Virus record (IMG/VR): IMGVR_UViG_3300032238_000944
Location: 18,926 to 82,925 of that record
Source of the DNA: a virus
Strand: one strand, 5' to 3'
DNA: 64,000 nt
Shown: one piece after another, positions 9,716 to 18,724 of the stretch
How positions within the stretch are numbered: the stretch's first letter is position 1
Layout: every line of letters starts with the position of its first letter
Notes under the pieces: model-generated
What the model was told of the DNA's origin: nothing
The model's database searches: none
Seen by the model: the letters and a program-made list of their open reading frames with translations, nothing else
Translations under genes and position numbers: made by a program

Positions 9716-10156
9716 ATGGAAGTCAAATTCACGCAAAATCATTTTAAAAAGTGTAAAGAAGTAACTTGGGATGATATAGTTGAAAAAATTGATAATGAAT
9801 TTTTTCACCAAACTCATAAAATTATTTGCCCTTCAGATCGTGCTCCAACAATCATTCTTCATAATGATTACTATCCACTATCAATTAAATCTGCATATAA
9901 TGAAGTTGAAACCGAAACTGGTATAAAAGATATGCATATCTATACTTCATTGGGTAGAAATGCTTCAACATTTGGAAGACACTGTGACACAATGGATGTT
10001 TTGATTGTTCAATCTAAAGGAAAAATTGATTATGAATTTGATTGTGGTACAATTGTAAGGATGAGTCCAGGGGATTCTCTTCACATTCCCAAAGGAGTTT
10101 ATCACAATCCAATTGTATCCGAACCTAGAATTACATTGAGTTTCTCTTGGCAATAA
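9716..10156 (+). CDS. JmjC/cupin-like protein
   Basis: FGRHCD, PGDSLHIPKGVYH, RITLSF. Confidence 0.8.
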   Translation: MEVKFTQNHFKKCKEVTWDDIVEKIDNEFFHQTHKIICPSDRAPTIILHNDYYPLSIKSAYNEVETETGIKDMHIYTSLGRNASTFGRHCDTMDVLIVQSKGKIDYEFDCGTIVRMSPGDSLHIPKGVYHNPIVSEPRITLSFSWQ

Positions 10157-10159
10157 ATT

Positions 10160-10699
10160 ATGAAAGACTGGACAATCTACTGTGAGACTACCTACAACAG
10201 TCTCAGGGCCAATATTCACAACTGGGGTAAACCAGAGTTTGCTCGCCCCATCACCAGAATCTACTATATCGGTGTTTTTGATTGCGGTGTGCCCAATCCT
10301 ACGGGTCTGATCAGCGAAAATGCACTCAAAAACAAAAATATAAAACAGAAGGTCGTACATGACCATTATTTGTCTCCACAATTCATTGGACGGATGATTC
10401 TGGACAATCCTGAGGTGTATTTGACCGATTTTGACAAGTTCAAATCGATTTTTTGGCAGTCTTGTCAGACCATCGTGGTCACTCAGCAGGAAAACGATGC
10501 CCTGGCTGCTCTGACATCAAATGATGGTAACATATATAAAGTTCAAGTGCCAACCTATTTGAAGTACAATCATCTTAAGATTAAATTAAATAAACGTCCA
10601 GAAAATACAATCCGATGGAATACTTCAGTTCCAATTGAATCTAACATTCTAGAGGTTCCTGAAGAACTTACACAATATGAAAAGAGGTTTCTAGTATGA
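10160..10699 (+). CDS. Hypothetical protein
   Basis: 179-aa ORF with VVHDHYLSPQF motif. Confidence 0.7.
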   Translation: MKDWTIYCETTYNSLRANIHNWGKPEFARPITRIYYIGVFDCGVPNPTGLISENALKNKNIKQKVVHDHYLSPQFIGRMILDNPEVYLTDFDKFKSIFWQSCQTIVVTQQENDALAALTSNDGNIYKVQVPTYLKYNHLKIKLNKRPENTIRWNTSVPIESNILEVPEELTQYEKRFLV

Positions 10700-10869
10700 G
10701 AGAAGGATTCATCACGGCAGACGGTTATGCGGCTGTCCCCTGGGGCAAAAAAAACCTGATTATCCTGTATAATGGCCATCAGATAGAGACGGTAAGCACA
10801 CCGCTCCAAGCACAAAAGTTCATTAAAAACCACCGCACTAATCCATCCAAAGGAACAGTATTCCTATGA
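10696..10869 (+). CDS. Small hypothetical protein (57 aa)
   Basis: MREGFITADGYAAVPWG...; start and stop overlap both neighbours; not in ORF track. Confidence 0.65.
   Translation: MREGFITADGYAAVPWGKKNLIILYNGHQIETVSTPLQAQKFIKNHRTNPSKGTVFL
10733..10779 (+). promoter_or_regulatory. Early promoter cassette 4 (inside a coding region)
   Basis: CTGTCCCC starts 35 bp before TATAAT 10768, which is followed by GGCCAT. Confidence 0.5.
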
Positions 10870-11273
10870 AACTCCCAGCACTACTATCTCTTGCATTGTT
10901 TGCTCCAATGCCTGTGTTTGCACAACAGACAAACATCTATCAGGTATGTACAACCTATCAAGAGAACTATGCTCCTGGATATTATGATCAGTATGGTAAC
11001 TATCGTCAAGGAAATGTAAGCACTCAGGCTTATAATACTCAGTGTGGTACTGGTACATACTATCGCCCCAATACTGGTGGTACATATTATCCAACACCTG
11101 TTGTAGCTCCAGTTGCACAACCATATCGTAGGTCATGTGCTGCTGCTCCTATTGGCGCTATTCTTGGTGGTTTTGGTGCATACAAAGCAACCAGTAGTGT
11201 ACCCAATCGTTGGTGGTCTGTTCCTCTAGGTGTTGTAACTGGTGGAATTGTTGGAAATGCTCTCTGTAACTAA
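10866..11273 (+). CDS. Secreted/membrane protein with glycine zipper
   Basis: Signal peptide; C-terminal GAILGGFGA and GVVTGGIVGNAL. Confidence 0.7.
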   Translation: MKLPALLSLALFAPMPVFAQQTNIYQVCTTYQENYAPGYYDQYGNYRQGNVSTQAYNTQCGTGTYYRPNTGGTYYPTPVVAPVAQPYRRSCAAAPIGAILGGFGAYKATSSVPNRWWSVPLGVVTGGIVGNALCN

Positions 11274-11274
11274 A

Positions 11275-11469
11275 ATGAAAACTGAGTTTATTTGTGTCAA
11301 ACCTAAATCATCAAAAGCAAAGAATAGATTTGCAAATATGATGGATAGTCTTCATTCTTGTCGTGTTGAACAACGCAAGGATGGTAAAGTCTTTCTTGCA
11401 TCTATTAGTGGTAAATACTTCTTTTGGTTGAATGAAAGCGGTGATGATCATTGGGAAATTATAAAATAA
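11275..11469 (+). CDS. Hypothetical protein
   Basis: MKTEFICVKPKSSKAKNRFANMM..., likely start 11275. Confidence 0.7.
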   Translation: MKTEFICVKPKSSKAKNRFANMMDSLHSCRVEQRKDGKVFLASISGKYFFWLNESGDDHWEIIK

Positions 11470-12002
11470 TGGAACATATGTTCTATGTTCCATTATTTCA
11501 CTATAAAGTGGAAAATTGGACTTATAAAAAAAAATTTCTACTTGAACTATATGATTCAATTAAAACAGAATGTGAAATAAAAAAAGATACGACGGTAATT
11601 ACAAATTATCATCAAAATCATAAAAAATTAGTTCAAGATATTGCATATATTTTTTATTCCGAAATAAAAGAATTTGCTGAATCTGTTGAAATATCAAAAT
11701 ATGATGTTAAAGATGCTTGGTTTGAAAAATCTTACAGAAATAACTATCACGGGATTCATAATCACGGACCAATTGGTTATTCCTCAGTTTGTTTTATAAA
11801 TTATGATGAAAATGAACACAGTCCAACTCAATTTGTATCTCCGTTCAATAATTTTATGAATGGATCTACATTGATTCATAGTCCTCAAAATATAACAGAA
11901 GGATCTATTATATTTTTTCCATCTATTATAAATCATTATACAGATCCAAATCAATGCGATAAAGAAAGATTGATAGTATCTTTTAATTTAAACTTTACTT
12001 AA
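11469..12002 (+). CDS. Putative 2OG-Fe(II) oxygenase (TIGR02466-like)
   Basis: HGIHNH, YSSVCFI, EGSIIFFPS..HYT..N..ERLIVSFN. Confidence 0.8.
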   Translation: MEHMFYVPLFHYKVENWTYKKKFLLELYDSIKTECEIKKDTTVITNYHQNHKKLVQDIAYIFYSEIKEFAESVEISKYDVKDAWFEKSYRNNYHGIHNHGPIGYSSVCFINYDENEHSPTQFVSPFNNFMNGSTLIHSPQNITEGSIIFFPSIINHYTDPNQCDKERLIVSFNLNFT

Positions 12003-12179
12003 ATGGATAAATCAGAAAAACGTAACCGAGCACTAGGTCTTTTTGTTGAAAGTGTACTCAAACCAGATCCAGAACTTCGCCAATGCTCTCACAATCAAGA
12101 GTGCTTTAATGAACTGCTTGAATGGAGATCTGAAGTTCTTGAGTATCTACAAAAACGAAGAGAAGAGGAATTTGGTTAA
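12003..12179 (+). CDS. Hypothetical protein (58 aa)
   Basis: MDKSEKRNRALGLFVESVLKPD...; fits between neighbours better than the 12043 ORF. Confidence 0.65.
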   Translation: MDKSEKRNRALGLFVESVLKPDPELRQCSHNQECFNELLEWRSEVLEYLQKRREEEFG

Positions 12180-12421
12180 TGAGCCCATACTACATCTATT
12201 TCATCATTTTTACTTGTATCGCATACTTAATTGTAACTGATGCAAGTGTTGCAAGACTATTTGTTCTTCTGATGGGAATTGCAAGAATAGAGTATGAAAA
12301 GATAAAGTGGTGGGTTCTTCACAATCCTGCAAATCCGATTGTTAAGTATCTAATGTGGCGAAGATCTTGGAAACTTGCAAAAGAATTGGAGAAAGAATTT
12401 AGCTCTCGTAATGATATATGA
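12179..12421 (+). CDS. Hypothetical membrane protein
   Basis: Hydrophobic N-terminus. Confidence 0.65.
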   Translation: MSPYYIYFIIFTCIAYLIVTDASVARLFVLLMGIARIEYEKIKWWVLHNPANPIVKYLMWRRSWKLAKELEKEFSSRNDI

Positions 12422-12588
12422 AGCAGCAACCTTATCATGTCCTAGATAGTACGACACCTTGGTATGAACTCTTGAGTTATTTGGAATGTTGTGCTAGCCT
12501 GGGTGTTGAACCATCACTCACTAGATGGATTCGGTACACTAATTATTACAGGAGTGTGTCAAATGTCAAGAACATATCGCAAAGTTGA
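12418..12588 (+). CDS. Hypothetical protein (56 aa)
   Basis: MKQQPYHVLDSTTPWYE...; ATGA overlap. Confidence 0.6.
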   Translation: MKQQPYHVLDSTTPWYELLSYLECCASLGVEPSLTRWIRYTNYYRSVSNVKNISQS

Positions 12589-12799
12589 ATACATTCACAG
12601 TGGAGCATTTAGGCATCCACATACAGAGAATGAACGCAAACAACTTGACGGAATTATTCATGATGTAGAACTTGAATTAGACTATAAAGTTTCTGGATTG
12701 AACCACATGAAGGCACGGGAGCATCAGTTGCCTTCAACATATGATGACAAAGTAGTAAGTGCTTATTATGAATCTGACCACATGGCCTACGGAACCTAG
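12563..12799 (+). CDS. Hypothetical protein
   Basis: MSRTYRK...; start moved to 12563. Confidence 0.65.
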   Translation: MSRTYRKVEYIHSGAFRHPHTENERKQLDGIIHDVELELDYKVSGLNHMKAREHQLPSTYDDKVVSAYYESDHMAYGT

Positions 12800-13091
12800 T
12801 TTACTTGATCGCATAGCATCTTTAGAATATGAGAATGTTGAAACTTCCAACTGTCTCTATGAAATATATACATCCATAGAGACACTGGAGAATGTTAAAA
12901 TGTATGAAGAACTGACACAATTTGAAAGGGCATTGGCAAGATTTGGTGATAAAGTTGCTTTAATTGCTGGACTTGAAATTGCTGATAAAATTACTCCCGA
13001 AGATGCTTACCAACAAATTAAAACTCTTTATAAAGAACTCAAATCCCTTCGCAAAAAAGAACGTGATGATTGGGAATATCCCGACAATTAG
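12768..13091 (+). CDS. Hypothetical protein
   Basis: Helical ORF in operon. Confidence 0.65.
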   Translation: MNLTTWPTEPSLLDRIASLEYENVETSNCLYEIYTSIETLENVKMYEELTQFERALARFGDKVALIAGLEIADKITPEDAYQQIKTLYKELKSLRKKERDDWEYPDN

Positions 13092-13215
13092 ATCCTGTTC
13101 TAAATGTAAAGAAACCAAACCACTTGATTTAAATCATTATCAACAAGTGAAATACTTTTCAAGTGGTTTTTCCTATTATTGTAATGACTGTAACAAACCA
13201 AAGAAAAATGACTGA
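13066..13215 (+). CDS. Small Zn-finger-like protein
   Basis: CSKC...CNDC. Confidence 0.55.
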   Translation: MIGNIPTIRSCSKCKETKPLDLNHYQQVKYFSSGFSYYCNDCNKPKKND

Positions 13216-13375
13216 ACAAGATGATGGACTGAAGGTAACAGAGAATGGTGATGGATCATTCACTTTAGAGTGGGATGAAAAAGATCCACGCTGGTCAATG
13301 CTGAATGGGTTGACACAAGAAGAAGTTACTGCTATACTAACCGAAGGTCTTCAAAAAATGCTTGATAATGACTGA
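13208..13375 (+). CDS. Hypothetical protein
   Basis: MTEQDDGLKVTENGDGSFTLEWD. Confidence 0.6.
   Translation: MTEQDDGLKVTENGDGSFTLEWDEKDPRWSMLNGLTQEEVTAILTEGLQKMLDND
13310..13338 (+). promoter_or_regulatory. Sigma70-like promoter
   Basis: TTGACA-N17-TATACT. Confidence 0.65.
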
Positions 13376-13895
13376 CTACAAAAAATACTCATTGGGCCAA
13401 GTTGAGAACTTTCTGTATGATGCAATGAGTACAGATGCAACACCAAAAGAAATCTATGATGTCATTAAAGGTGTTGTTGAAGATAACTATAATACCTATA
13501 AGGTACAGACAGAAAAAGCGAGTGAACTTCTTGCTCTGCTGAATGGCCATCGTCCTGTAGATTTTGACTTTTGTGATAAAGATGACCCATCACCTGAATG
13601 TAAAAAGTCTTGGAATGACTTCTGGGAAGAAAATTACTGTTCAGAAGAACACCAACAGTACACAGAAGAAGAACTAAATGCAATGTGTGATGCTGCTGAA
13701 GCAAAAGATAAAGTAGTTAAGTGGTCTCTTCCTGTTGAAGCAGATCCAAGTGGTGAATACTTTGTAACTTTCCCTGATGATTTGTTAGAAGCAGCAGATC
13801 TTAAAGAGGGTGATCAAGTTGAATGGATTGCTCAAGATGGTGGATCTTATCTTCTTAAAAAAATAACTAACCCACTTGGAATGGAAAAATGTTGA
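13368..13895 (+). CDS. Protein with C-terminal AbrB/MazE-type DNA-binding domain
   Basis: GEYFVTFPDDLLEAADLKEGDQVEW. Confidence 0.7.
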   Translation: MTDYKKYSLGQVENFLYDAMSTDATPKEIYDVIKGVVEDNYNTYKVQTEKASELLALLNGHRPVDFDFCDKDDPSPECKKSWNDFWEENYCSEEHQQYTEEELNAMCDAAEAKDKVVKWSLPVEADPSGEYFVTFPDDLLEAADLKEGDQVEWIAQDGGSYLLKKITNPLGMEKC

Positions 13896-13928
13896 TGGTT
13901 TTTGGATTAAAGATTGGGAGTTGATAAA

Positions 13929-14552
13929 ATGGCTTTTCAATCTATATGGTATTATACAAATCTTGATCCTCGTATTGTAGATATTATTGAGGAAGATTTG
14001 AGCAAAACTTATGACTCATCTTTCACCGAATCCTTGATTAAACACAAAAATACTAGTATCTTAGACAAAAATGTGAGAAATTCTCATCATGCTTGGATTC
14101 CCACAAATCATTGGATATCTGGATTTATTTGGCATTATGCTCATAAAGCAAATAAAGAAAATTTTCTTTATGAATTGGATCATATTGTCACATCTTTACA
14201 ATATACCATATACCAACAAGGTCAGTTTTATAAATGGCATACTGATCAATCAACAGATAAGTTTTATAAACCTTTACCATCCAATACTGATGAAAATCTA
14301 AAAGAAAATTTTTTAAATCAAAATACAGAATCAGTTCGTAAATTGTCTGGTGTTTTGCAACTATCTGATCCCAATGATTATGAGGGTGGTGAATTGCAGA
14401 TTATGGCAGAAGATGGTAGTTCATATTTTGCTCCAAAGGAACAGGGAACAATAATTTTCTTTGATTCTAGATCTAATCATAGAGTTAGAAAAGTTGCCAA
14501 AGGAATTAGGAAAAGTTTAGTCTTTTGGGTAAAAGGCCCGAGATGGAAATGA
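13929..14552 (+). CDS. 2OG-Fe(II) oxygenase (PKHD-type)
   Basis: LQYTIY, WHTD, RKLSGVLQLSDPNDYEGG, HRVRKVAKGIRKSLVFW. Confidence 0.9.
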   Translation: MAFQSIWYYTNLDPRIVDIIEEDLSKTYDSSFTESLIKHKNTSILDKNVRNSHHAWIPTNHWISGFIWHYAHKANKENFLYELDHIVTSLQYTIYQQGQFYKWHTDQSTDKFYKPLPSNTDENLKENFLNQNTESVRKLSGVLQLSDPNDYEGGELQIMAEDGSSYFAPKEQGTIIFFDSRSNHRVRKVAKGIRKSLVFWVKGPRWK

Positions 14553-14729
14553 ATGATAAAGAGGAAGGAATCTATCCTACTGGTTTATCTGATGGATGTT
14601 CATGATTCTCTTTGGTTTTATTATCACAATAATTTTATTAAGTAGTGTAAAGCAATCCCAAAGAGAATCTTAAGCAATCTTCATTCTCCTAGATATTGTG
14701 TTAGGATAGCAACATAATACTTGGACACA

Positions 14730-14903
14730 ATGACACTTGCAAAAACTGGTTCGGCAGACCTTACAACCGAAGAATGGAATGAATTAGTTGCACTTAAAGA
14801 AGCAATTAACTATTCTCCACAAACTGTAAGTCCAGAGAAAATGGAAAAGTTTACTGAGCTTATGGTAAGATCCTTAGAAGGTAAAGGAAATAGGCCAGTT
14901 TAA
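14730..14903 (+). CDS. Hypothetical protein
   Basis: MTLAKTG...; 3' end overlaps promoter cassette 5. Confidence 0.65.
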   Translation: MTLAKTGSADLTTEEWNELVALKEAINYSPQTVSPEKMEKFTELMVRSLEGKGNRPV

Positions 14904-14962
14904 GAAGTGGCACATGGCAGTTCCACCTGCTCCCATTTTGCTGTATATTGGCCATGTTGAGA
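14893..14962 (+). promoter_or_regulatory. Early promoter cassette 5
   Basis: GGCCAGTT-N6-GTGGCACA; TATATT 14944 then GGCCATGTTGAGA. Confidence 0.8.
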
Positions 14963-14972
14963 TAAACACTAC

Positions 14973-15380
14973 ATGGCAACCCGCTCTCGCATTGGTATCG
15001 AACTTCGTGACGGTTCTATTCTGTCTGCCTATCATCATTGGGATGGCTATCCTTCCTGGTTGGGTCGCATTCTGAAGACTCACTACAATAGCAAAGAACT
15101 CGCTGCCGAACTGATTGATGGTGGCGATATGAGTTCTGCATGGACTAATGCAGGTTTCAAAAATGAAACTGTTGCTCAAGGTGCTCTTTATTATTCTTCC
15201 CGTGGTGAAGATTGCCCTCCTCGCCTTGATAAGAACTCAGGTGAGTTCTTGACTAAAGATGCTGAAGAATATGCATATCTTTATACTGAATCTGAAGGTT
15301 GGTTGTGCTATGATACTTGCGATTGGCATGAAACTTATCTTGAAAGTCAAGAAATCCCCTCTGTTGCTCTTGCTGTATGA
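14973..15380 (+). CDS. Conserved phage early hypothetical protein
   Basis: MATRSRIG..YHHWDGYP motif. Confidence 0.75.
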   Translation: MATRSRIGIELRDGSILSAYHHWDGYPSWLGRILKTHYNSKELAAELIDGGDMSSAWTNAGFKNETVAQGALYYSSRGEDCPPRLDKNSGEFLTKDAEEYAYLYTESEGWLCYDTCDWHETYLESQEIPSVALAV

Positions 15381-15538
15381 CTGAAACTTCAATTAAATTG
15401 AATAAAGATGAATTGACTGTGCTTATTAGTTCTCTGAACTATATGTCACAACCAAATGAAGTTTACTTGCAAATGAATTATACAAATGTCAATCGTCTGT
15501 ATAATAAACTATTCTCTTTGTATGAGGGCTTGAAATGA
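15377..15538 (+). CDS. Hypothetical protein (53 aa)
   Basis: ATGA overlaps at both ends; not in ORF track. Confidence 0.6.
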   Translation: MTETSIKLNKDELTVLISSLNYMSQPNEVYLQMNYTNVNRLYNKLFSLYEGLK

Positions 15539-16101
15539 CTTACAACGCAAAAGTAAAACTCTGTTACATCAATGATAGTGATGTAACTCCAAGTAAGTAT
15601 TTTCCTGAACTTGTTGATAGACAAACCATCACTGTAGAAGCACCTGCAAGTGACTTGAATGTTCATCAGTATTTTGAATTATTCAAGGGATTTCTTCGTG
15701 CTGTTGGATTTACTGATTATAACATTATGGATGCTGGATGTCGTCTGGCATTCAATGATAGTAATGATGAAGCACAGATGAAGAAGTTGATGGAAGAATA
15801 TGAACTGCAAGATAGGCAGGGATATGATGCTGACGATATTCTTGCTATGGAGGAAGAAATCCGCCAACTGAAAGAAAAACTTGCAAGGGTTCTTCCAGAG
15901 CAATATGTTGAGGAATATACTGATGAAGATGCTCCAAGAGATGATGGAACATCTTGGAATAAACCTTGGGGAGATTTAGTTCCTGGTTCAGATCAAGCAT
16001 ATAAAGCAGGTTGCAAGTGTCCAATTCTTGATAATCAAAATATGCCTGAAGGTAAAAAATGGGTGAATGGTGATTGTCCTCTTCATGGTAATGTAAAATG
16101 A
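15535..16101 (+). CDS. Hypothetical protein with C-terminal Cys/His module
   Basis: GCKCPILDN...DCPLHG. Confidence 0.7.
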   Translation: MTYNAKVKLCYINDSDVTPSKYFPELVDRQTITVEAPASDLNVHQYFELFKGFLRAVGFTDYNIMDAGCRLAFNDSNDEAQMKKLMEEYELQDRQGYDADDILAMEEEIRQLKEKLARVLPEQYVEEYTDEDAPRDDGTSWNKPWGDLVPGSDQAYKAGCKCPILDNQNMPEGKKWVNGDCPLHGNVK

Positions 16102-16316
16102 GATTTGAAAACCCAACAAAATGGGAACTTTTTCTTGATGGATTCCACTATATCTGCTCTGCCCTTGAAGCCTATAATGCTGGTGATTACTGGGGAATGA
16201 AAGAGTTTTGGGAAACTATCAATGTTGGATGGTATTATGAATATATCTACCCATATGATGACCCATTTGTTATACACATTCCTTCCCCTGAACGTAAACT
16301 AAGGTTAGCAGAATGA
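16098..16316 (+). CDS. Hypothetical protein
   Basis: ATGA-coupled ORF. Confidence 0.65.
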   Translation: MRFENPTKWELFLDGFHYICSALEAYNAGDYWGMKEFWETINVGWYYEYIYPYDDPFVIHIPSPERKLRLAE

Positions 16317-16525
16317 ACAATCTTGATTATTACAGGGCAGTATTATTTGGTGCTGTAGTTGCTGCATTCTTTCTTTCTATGTTTTATGTCTTCACAAGAG
16401 AAGATAAACCACAAAAACCTCAAAGCAACTTTGAGGTAGTGGATTCATACAAAGGATGTGATGTTGTGCGTTATACTAATCCAAATCTTGCAAACTATCA
16501 ATATTTCTTGGACTGCAGAAAATGA
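16313..16525 (+). CDS. Membrane-anchored hypothetical protein
   Basis: TM helix then FEVVDSYKGCDVVRY. Confidence 0.65.
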   Translation: MNNLDYYRAVLFGAVVAAFFLSMFYVFTREDKPQKPQSNFEVVDSYKGCDVVRYTNPNLANYQYFLDCRK

Positions 16526-16800
16526 AACTCTTTCAAGTAGCAAAGTTTTATGTAAGAGAGGATTATGGTAAGGAATATTGTCTATCACTCTTCCTTACAG
16601 AAAAATATTCACTCTTACAAGTTGCTTTTGATATTGGTGAGTATGGTTCTTGGATAGAGTTTCCTTATCTACAAATCTCTATGGGTTATGGAAAGTTATT
16701 CTCATTCTTATTCACTTTGGGAAAATTAGGTTTCACTTTTGATATTGCTGGTAGAAATTGGAGAGATAAGCACTTTTATGTTCAAGGAAGTGAAGAATGA
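16522..16800 (+). CDS. Hypothetical protein
   Basis: ATGA-coupled ORF. Confidence 0.65.
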   Translation: MKLFQVAKFYVREDYGKEYCLSLFLTEKYSLLQVAFDIGEYGSWIEFPYLQISMGYGKLFSFLFTLGKLGFTFDIAGRNWRDKHFYVQGSEE

Positions 16801-17075
16801 GTAGATTTCAAGAAAATCTTGATGAACAATTCTTAAAAGAAACGGCAACCAAAGTAGCAAATGTTCTTCATATGCCTTTAGGTGAAATTGAACCGTTAAA
16901 GCTTATAGAATTGTTCTCGTGTCTTTATATTCTTATGGGTGGTGATGAAGAACTTATGATACATTGGTTGAATACTCATAACAATCATCTTGGGTTTAAT
17001 CCTGCTGCAAGATTGACAGATGAACAATCTATGAATAAAATTATAGGATACTTAGAGAGTATGTGTTATCACTGA
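16797..17075 (+). CDS. Xre/MbcA/ParS-like antitoxin toxin-binding domain protein
   Basis: LMGGDEELMIHWLNTHNNHLGFNPAARL matches the W-L-x-x-x-N-x-x-L-G-x-x-P pattern. Confidence 0.65.
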   Translation: MSRFQENLDEQFLKETATKVANVLHMPLGEIEPLKLIELFSCLYILMGGDEELMIHWLNTHNNHLGFNPAARLTDEQSMNKIIGYLESMCYH

Positions 17076-17458
17076 TGACTTATTCTAAACCACTTCTAGG
17101 CACAAACAAAAAGAAAACCAAAATGACTTGGGCAGAGTATATCTTCACACATCTCATTCCTACTTGGTTTCAATCATTCAATGATAACTTTGTGATGTGG
17201 AGAGATCTTGTAACTGGTGATTATGAGAAGTATGTTCTTCTCAAAAATGATGATCCATTTCAAGAATGTTATGATTGGTTTTGGTGCAGTATCAATCTTG
17301 ATGAAACATATTCCAAAGAGTTTCTTGAGTATCTAATGCAAATGGTAGATGATATTGAAACTGGTAAAGAAAAAGTCTATCCGATGGATGAAGTTTTTGA
17401 TAGAGTTAGAAATCTTGTTGGAGATTTGATTGATGATGAAACCTCTAAACCAACTTAA
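17075..17458 (+). CDS. Hypothetical protein
   Basis: ORF in operon. Confidence 0.7.
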   Translation: MTYSKPLLGTNKKKTKMTWAEYIFTHLIPTWFQSFNDNFVMWRDLVTGDYEKYVLLKNDDPFQECYDWFWCSINLDETYSKEFLEYLMQMVDDIETGKEKVYPMDEVFDRVRNLVGDLIDDETSKPT

Positions 17459-17654
17459 ATCTGGTGATACTGGTGAGATTGTAAAGATTTCTTGTCCGCA
17501 TACTTTATTGTTTCGTATGAATGCATTAGGTATTCGTACTGGCCAAAAAATAAAAGTATTAAGAACTGGGTGGTTTCGTCCTATACATATTTGTATCTCC
17601 ACAACAGAGATGTTTATTCGCAGAAAAGATGCTAAAAACATTTGGATAGACTAA
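17436..17654 (+). CDS. feoA: FeoA-domain (ferrous iron transport A) protein
   Basis: PLNQLKSGDTGEIVKI..RMNALGIRTGQKIKVLR..PIHI...IRRKDAKNIWI, characteristic FeoA SH3-like pattern. Confidence 0.8.
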   Translation: MKPLNQLKSGDTGEIVKISCPHTLLFRMNALGIRTGQKIKVLRTGWFRPIHICISTTEMFIRRKDAKNIWID

Positions 17655-17854
17655 TGGCAAACTTCAATGTAGAACAACAAAAAATAATCTATAATGCTGT
17701 TCGTTATTATCAAATCAATCGCGTTACATTAGACAGCAAATTATATAAAGACTGCGATGCAATTCTAAATGAATTATTTCCAACTGTAATACAGCATGTG
17801 CCAGTTGATCAAGAGGCCCCTGCAAACACAACAAAACCTGGAACTACTGTATAG
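17654..17854 (+). CDS. Hypothetical protein
   Basis: MANFNVEQQKIIYNAVRYYQ. Confidence 0.65.
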   Translation: MANFNVEQQKIIYNAVRYYQINRVTLDSKLYKDCDAILNELFPTVIQHVPVDQEAPANTTKPGTTV

Positions 17855-17859
17855 TGGCT
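17798..17859 (+). promoter_or_regulatory. Early promoter cassette 6
   Basis: GTGCCAGTT-N6-GAGGCCCC; TATAGT 17850 then GGCT; ATG 17862 immediately downstream. Confidence 0.65.
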
Positions 17860-17861
17860 AC

Positions 17862-18032
17862 ATGGACAAACAAACTAAATTGTTATTTGCATTGTCACAA
17901 ATTGAAAATGTTTCTAATTTGATTAAAGACAATGAGTATGAAAGTTATCTCATTCGTCATATTATCTCTGTTCAATCTGAATTACAACGTCAGTTGACAA
18001 ATCTTACACAATCCATTACAATTAAGGAGTAA
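17862..18032 (+). CDS. Hypothetical protein
   Basis: MDKQTKLLFALSQIE... Confidence 0.65.
   Translation: MDKQTKLLFALSQIENVSNLIKDNEYESYLIRHIISVQSELQRQLTNLTQSITIKE
17994..18022 (+). promoter_or_regulatory. Sigma70-like promoter
   Basis: TTGACA-N17-TACAAT. Confidence 0.7.
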
Positions 18033-18045
18033 TTTACAAACACAA

Positions 18046-18279
18046 ATGAAACAGATTTATCTTGTTGACTACTGGGTTCCTTTTCCTTCCTCTGAATATG
18101 GTGGAATCATCAATGTCATTGCAGAAAATGATAATGAATGTCACGATCTGTTGGTAAACTATGGTGGTTTTGATGACATCTACAATGATCGCATCATGAC
18201 AAATGTAGCAAAAGCATCACGGTTTGAACTTGTTAATCAAGAAGAAGAATCTCGTATCGTTGACGCATTTTTGACCTAA
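18046..18279 (+). CDS. Hypothetical protein
   Basis: YLVDYWVPFPSSEYGG; AGGAG upstream. Confidence 0.75.
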   Translation: MKQIYLVDYWVPFPSSEYGGIINVIAENDNECHDLLVNYGGFDDIYNDRIMTNVAKASRFELVNQEEESRIVDAFLT

Positions 18280-18560
18280 TGGATTTTGAGTTTCCTCATA
18301 CTGCACCACAAGGATGTTACTATGAAATTGAACAATTCAAACGTAATGTTCTTTCTATTTGGTTGTGTAATAACCGCGAGTTTGATTACAATCTTGGTAA
18401 ACCAACAAAAACAATCTGGGGATTCTACAATTCAAAGAAACGTGAGTATTATGCACCAATCAATTCAAAAACAGTTGGTAAAGCAGTAGAAATCAATCAT
18501 ACTCGTAACTTTACGGCTATGCAAATCAAACAAACAGTTTTGGAACAATGCTTTTCGTAG
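18279..18560 (+). CDS. Hypothetical protein
   Basis: Translationally coupled ORF. Confidence 0.7.
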   Translation: MDFEFPHTAPQGCYYEIEQFKRNVLSIWLCNNREFDYNLGKPTKTIWGFYNSKKREYYAPINSKTVGKAVEINHTRNFTAMQIKQTVLEQCFS

Positions 18561-18724
18561 AAGGAACATCTGTATCATATAAAGATATTATTGGTGTTGT
18601 TTCGTTTTGTAGTAAAGGGTACGTTTCAATTTTAATCAAGAAAGGAAATCATCCTTCACAAGATGTAAATGTTGTGGTATATCAAAGTGATTTCAAAAAC
18701 ATTCATTTGCTTGACGAAAAATGA
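18548..18724 (+). CDS. Hypothetical protein (58 aa)
   Basis: MLFVEGTSVSYKDIIGVV...; not in ORF track. Confidence 0.6.
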   Translation: MLFVEGTSVSYKDIIGVVSFCSKGYVSILIKKGNHPSQDVNVVVYQSDFKNIHLLDEK

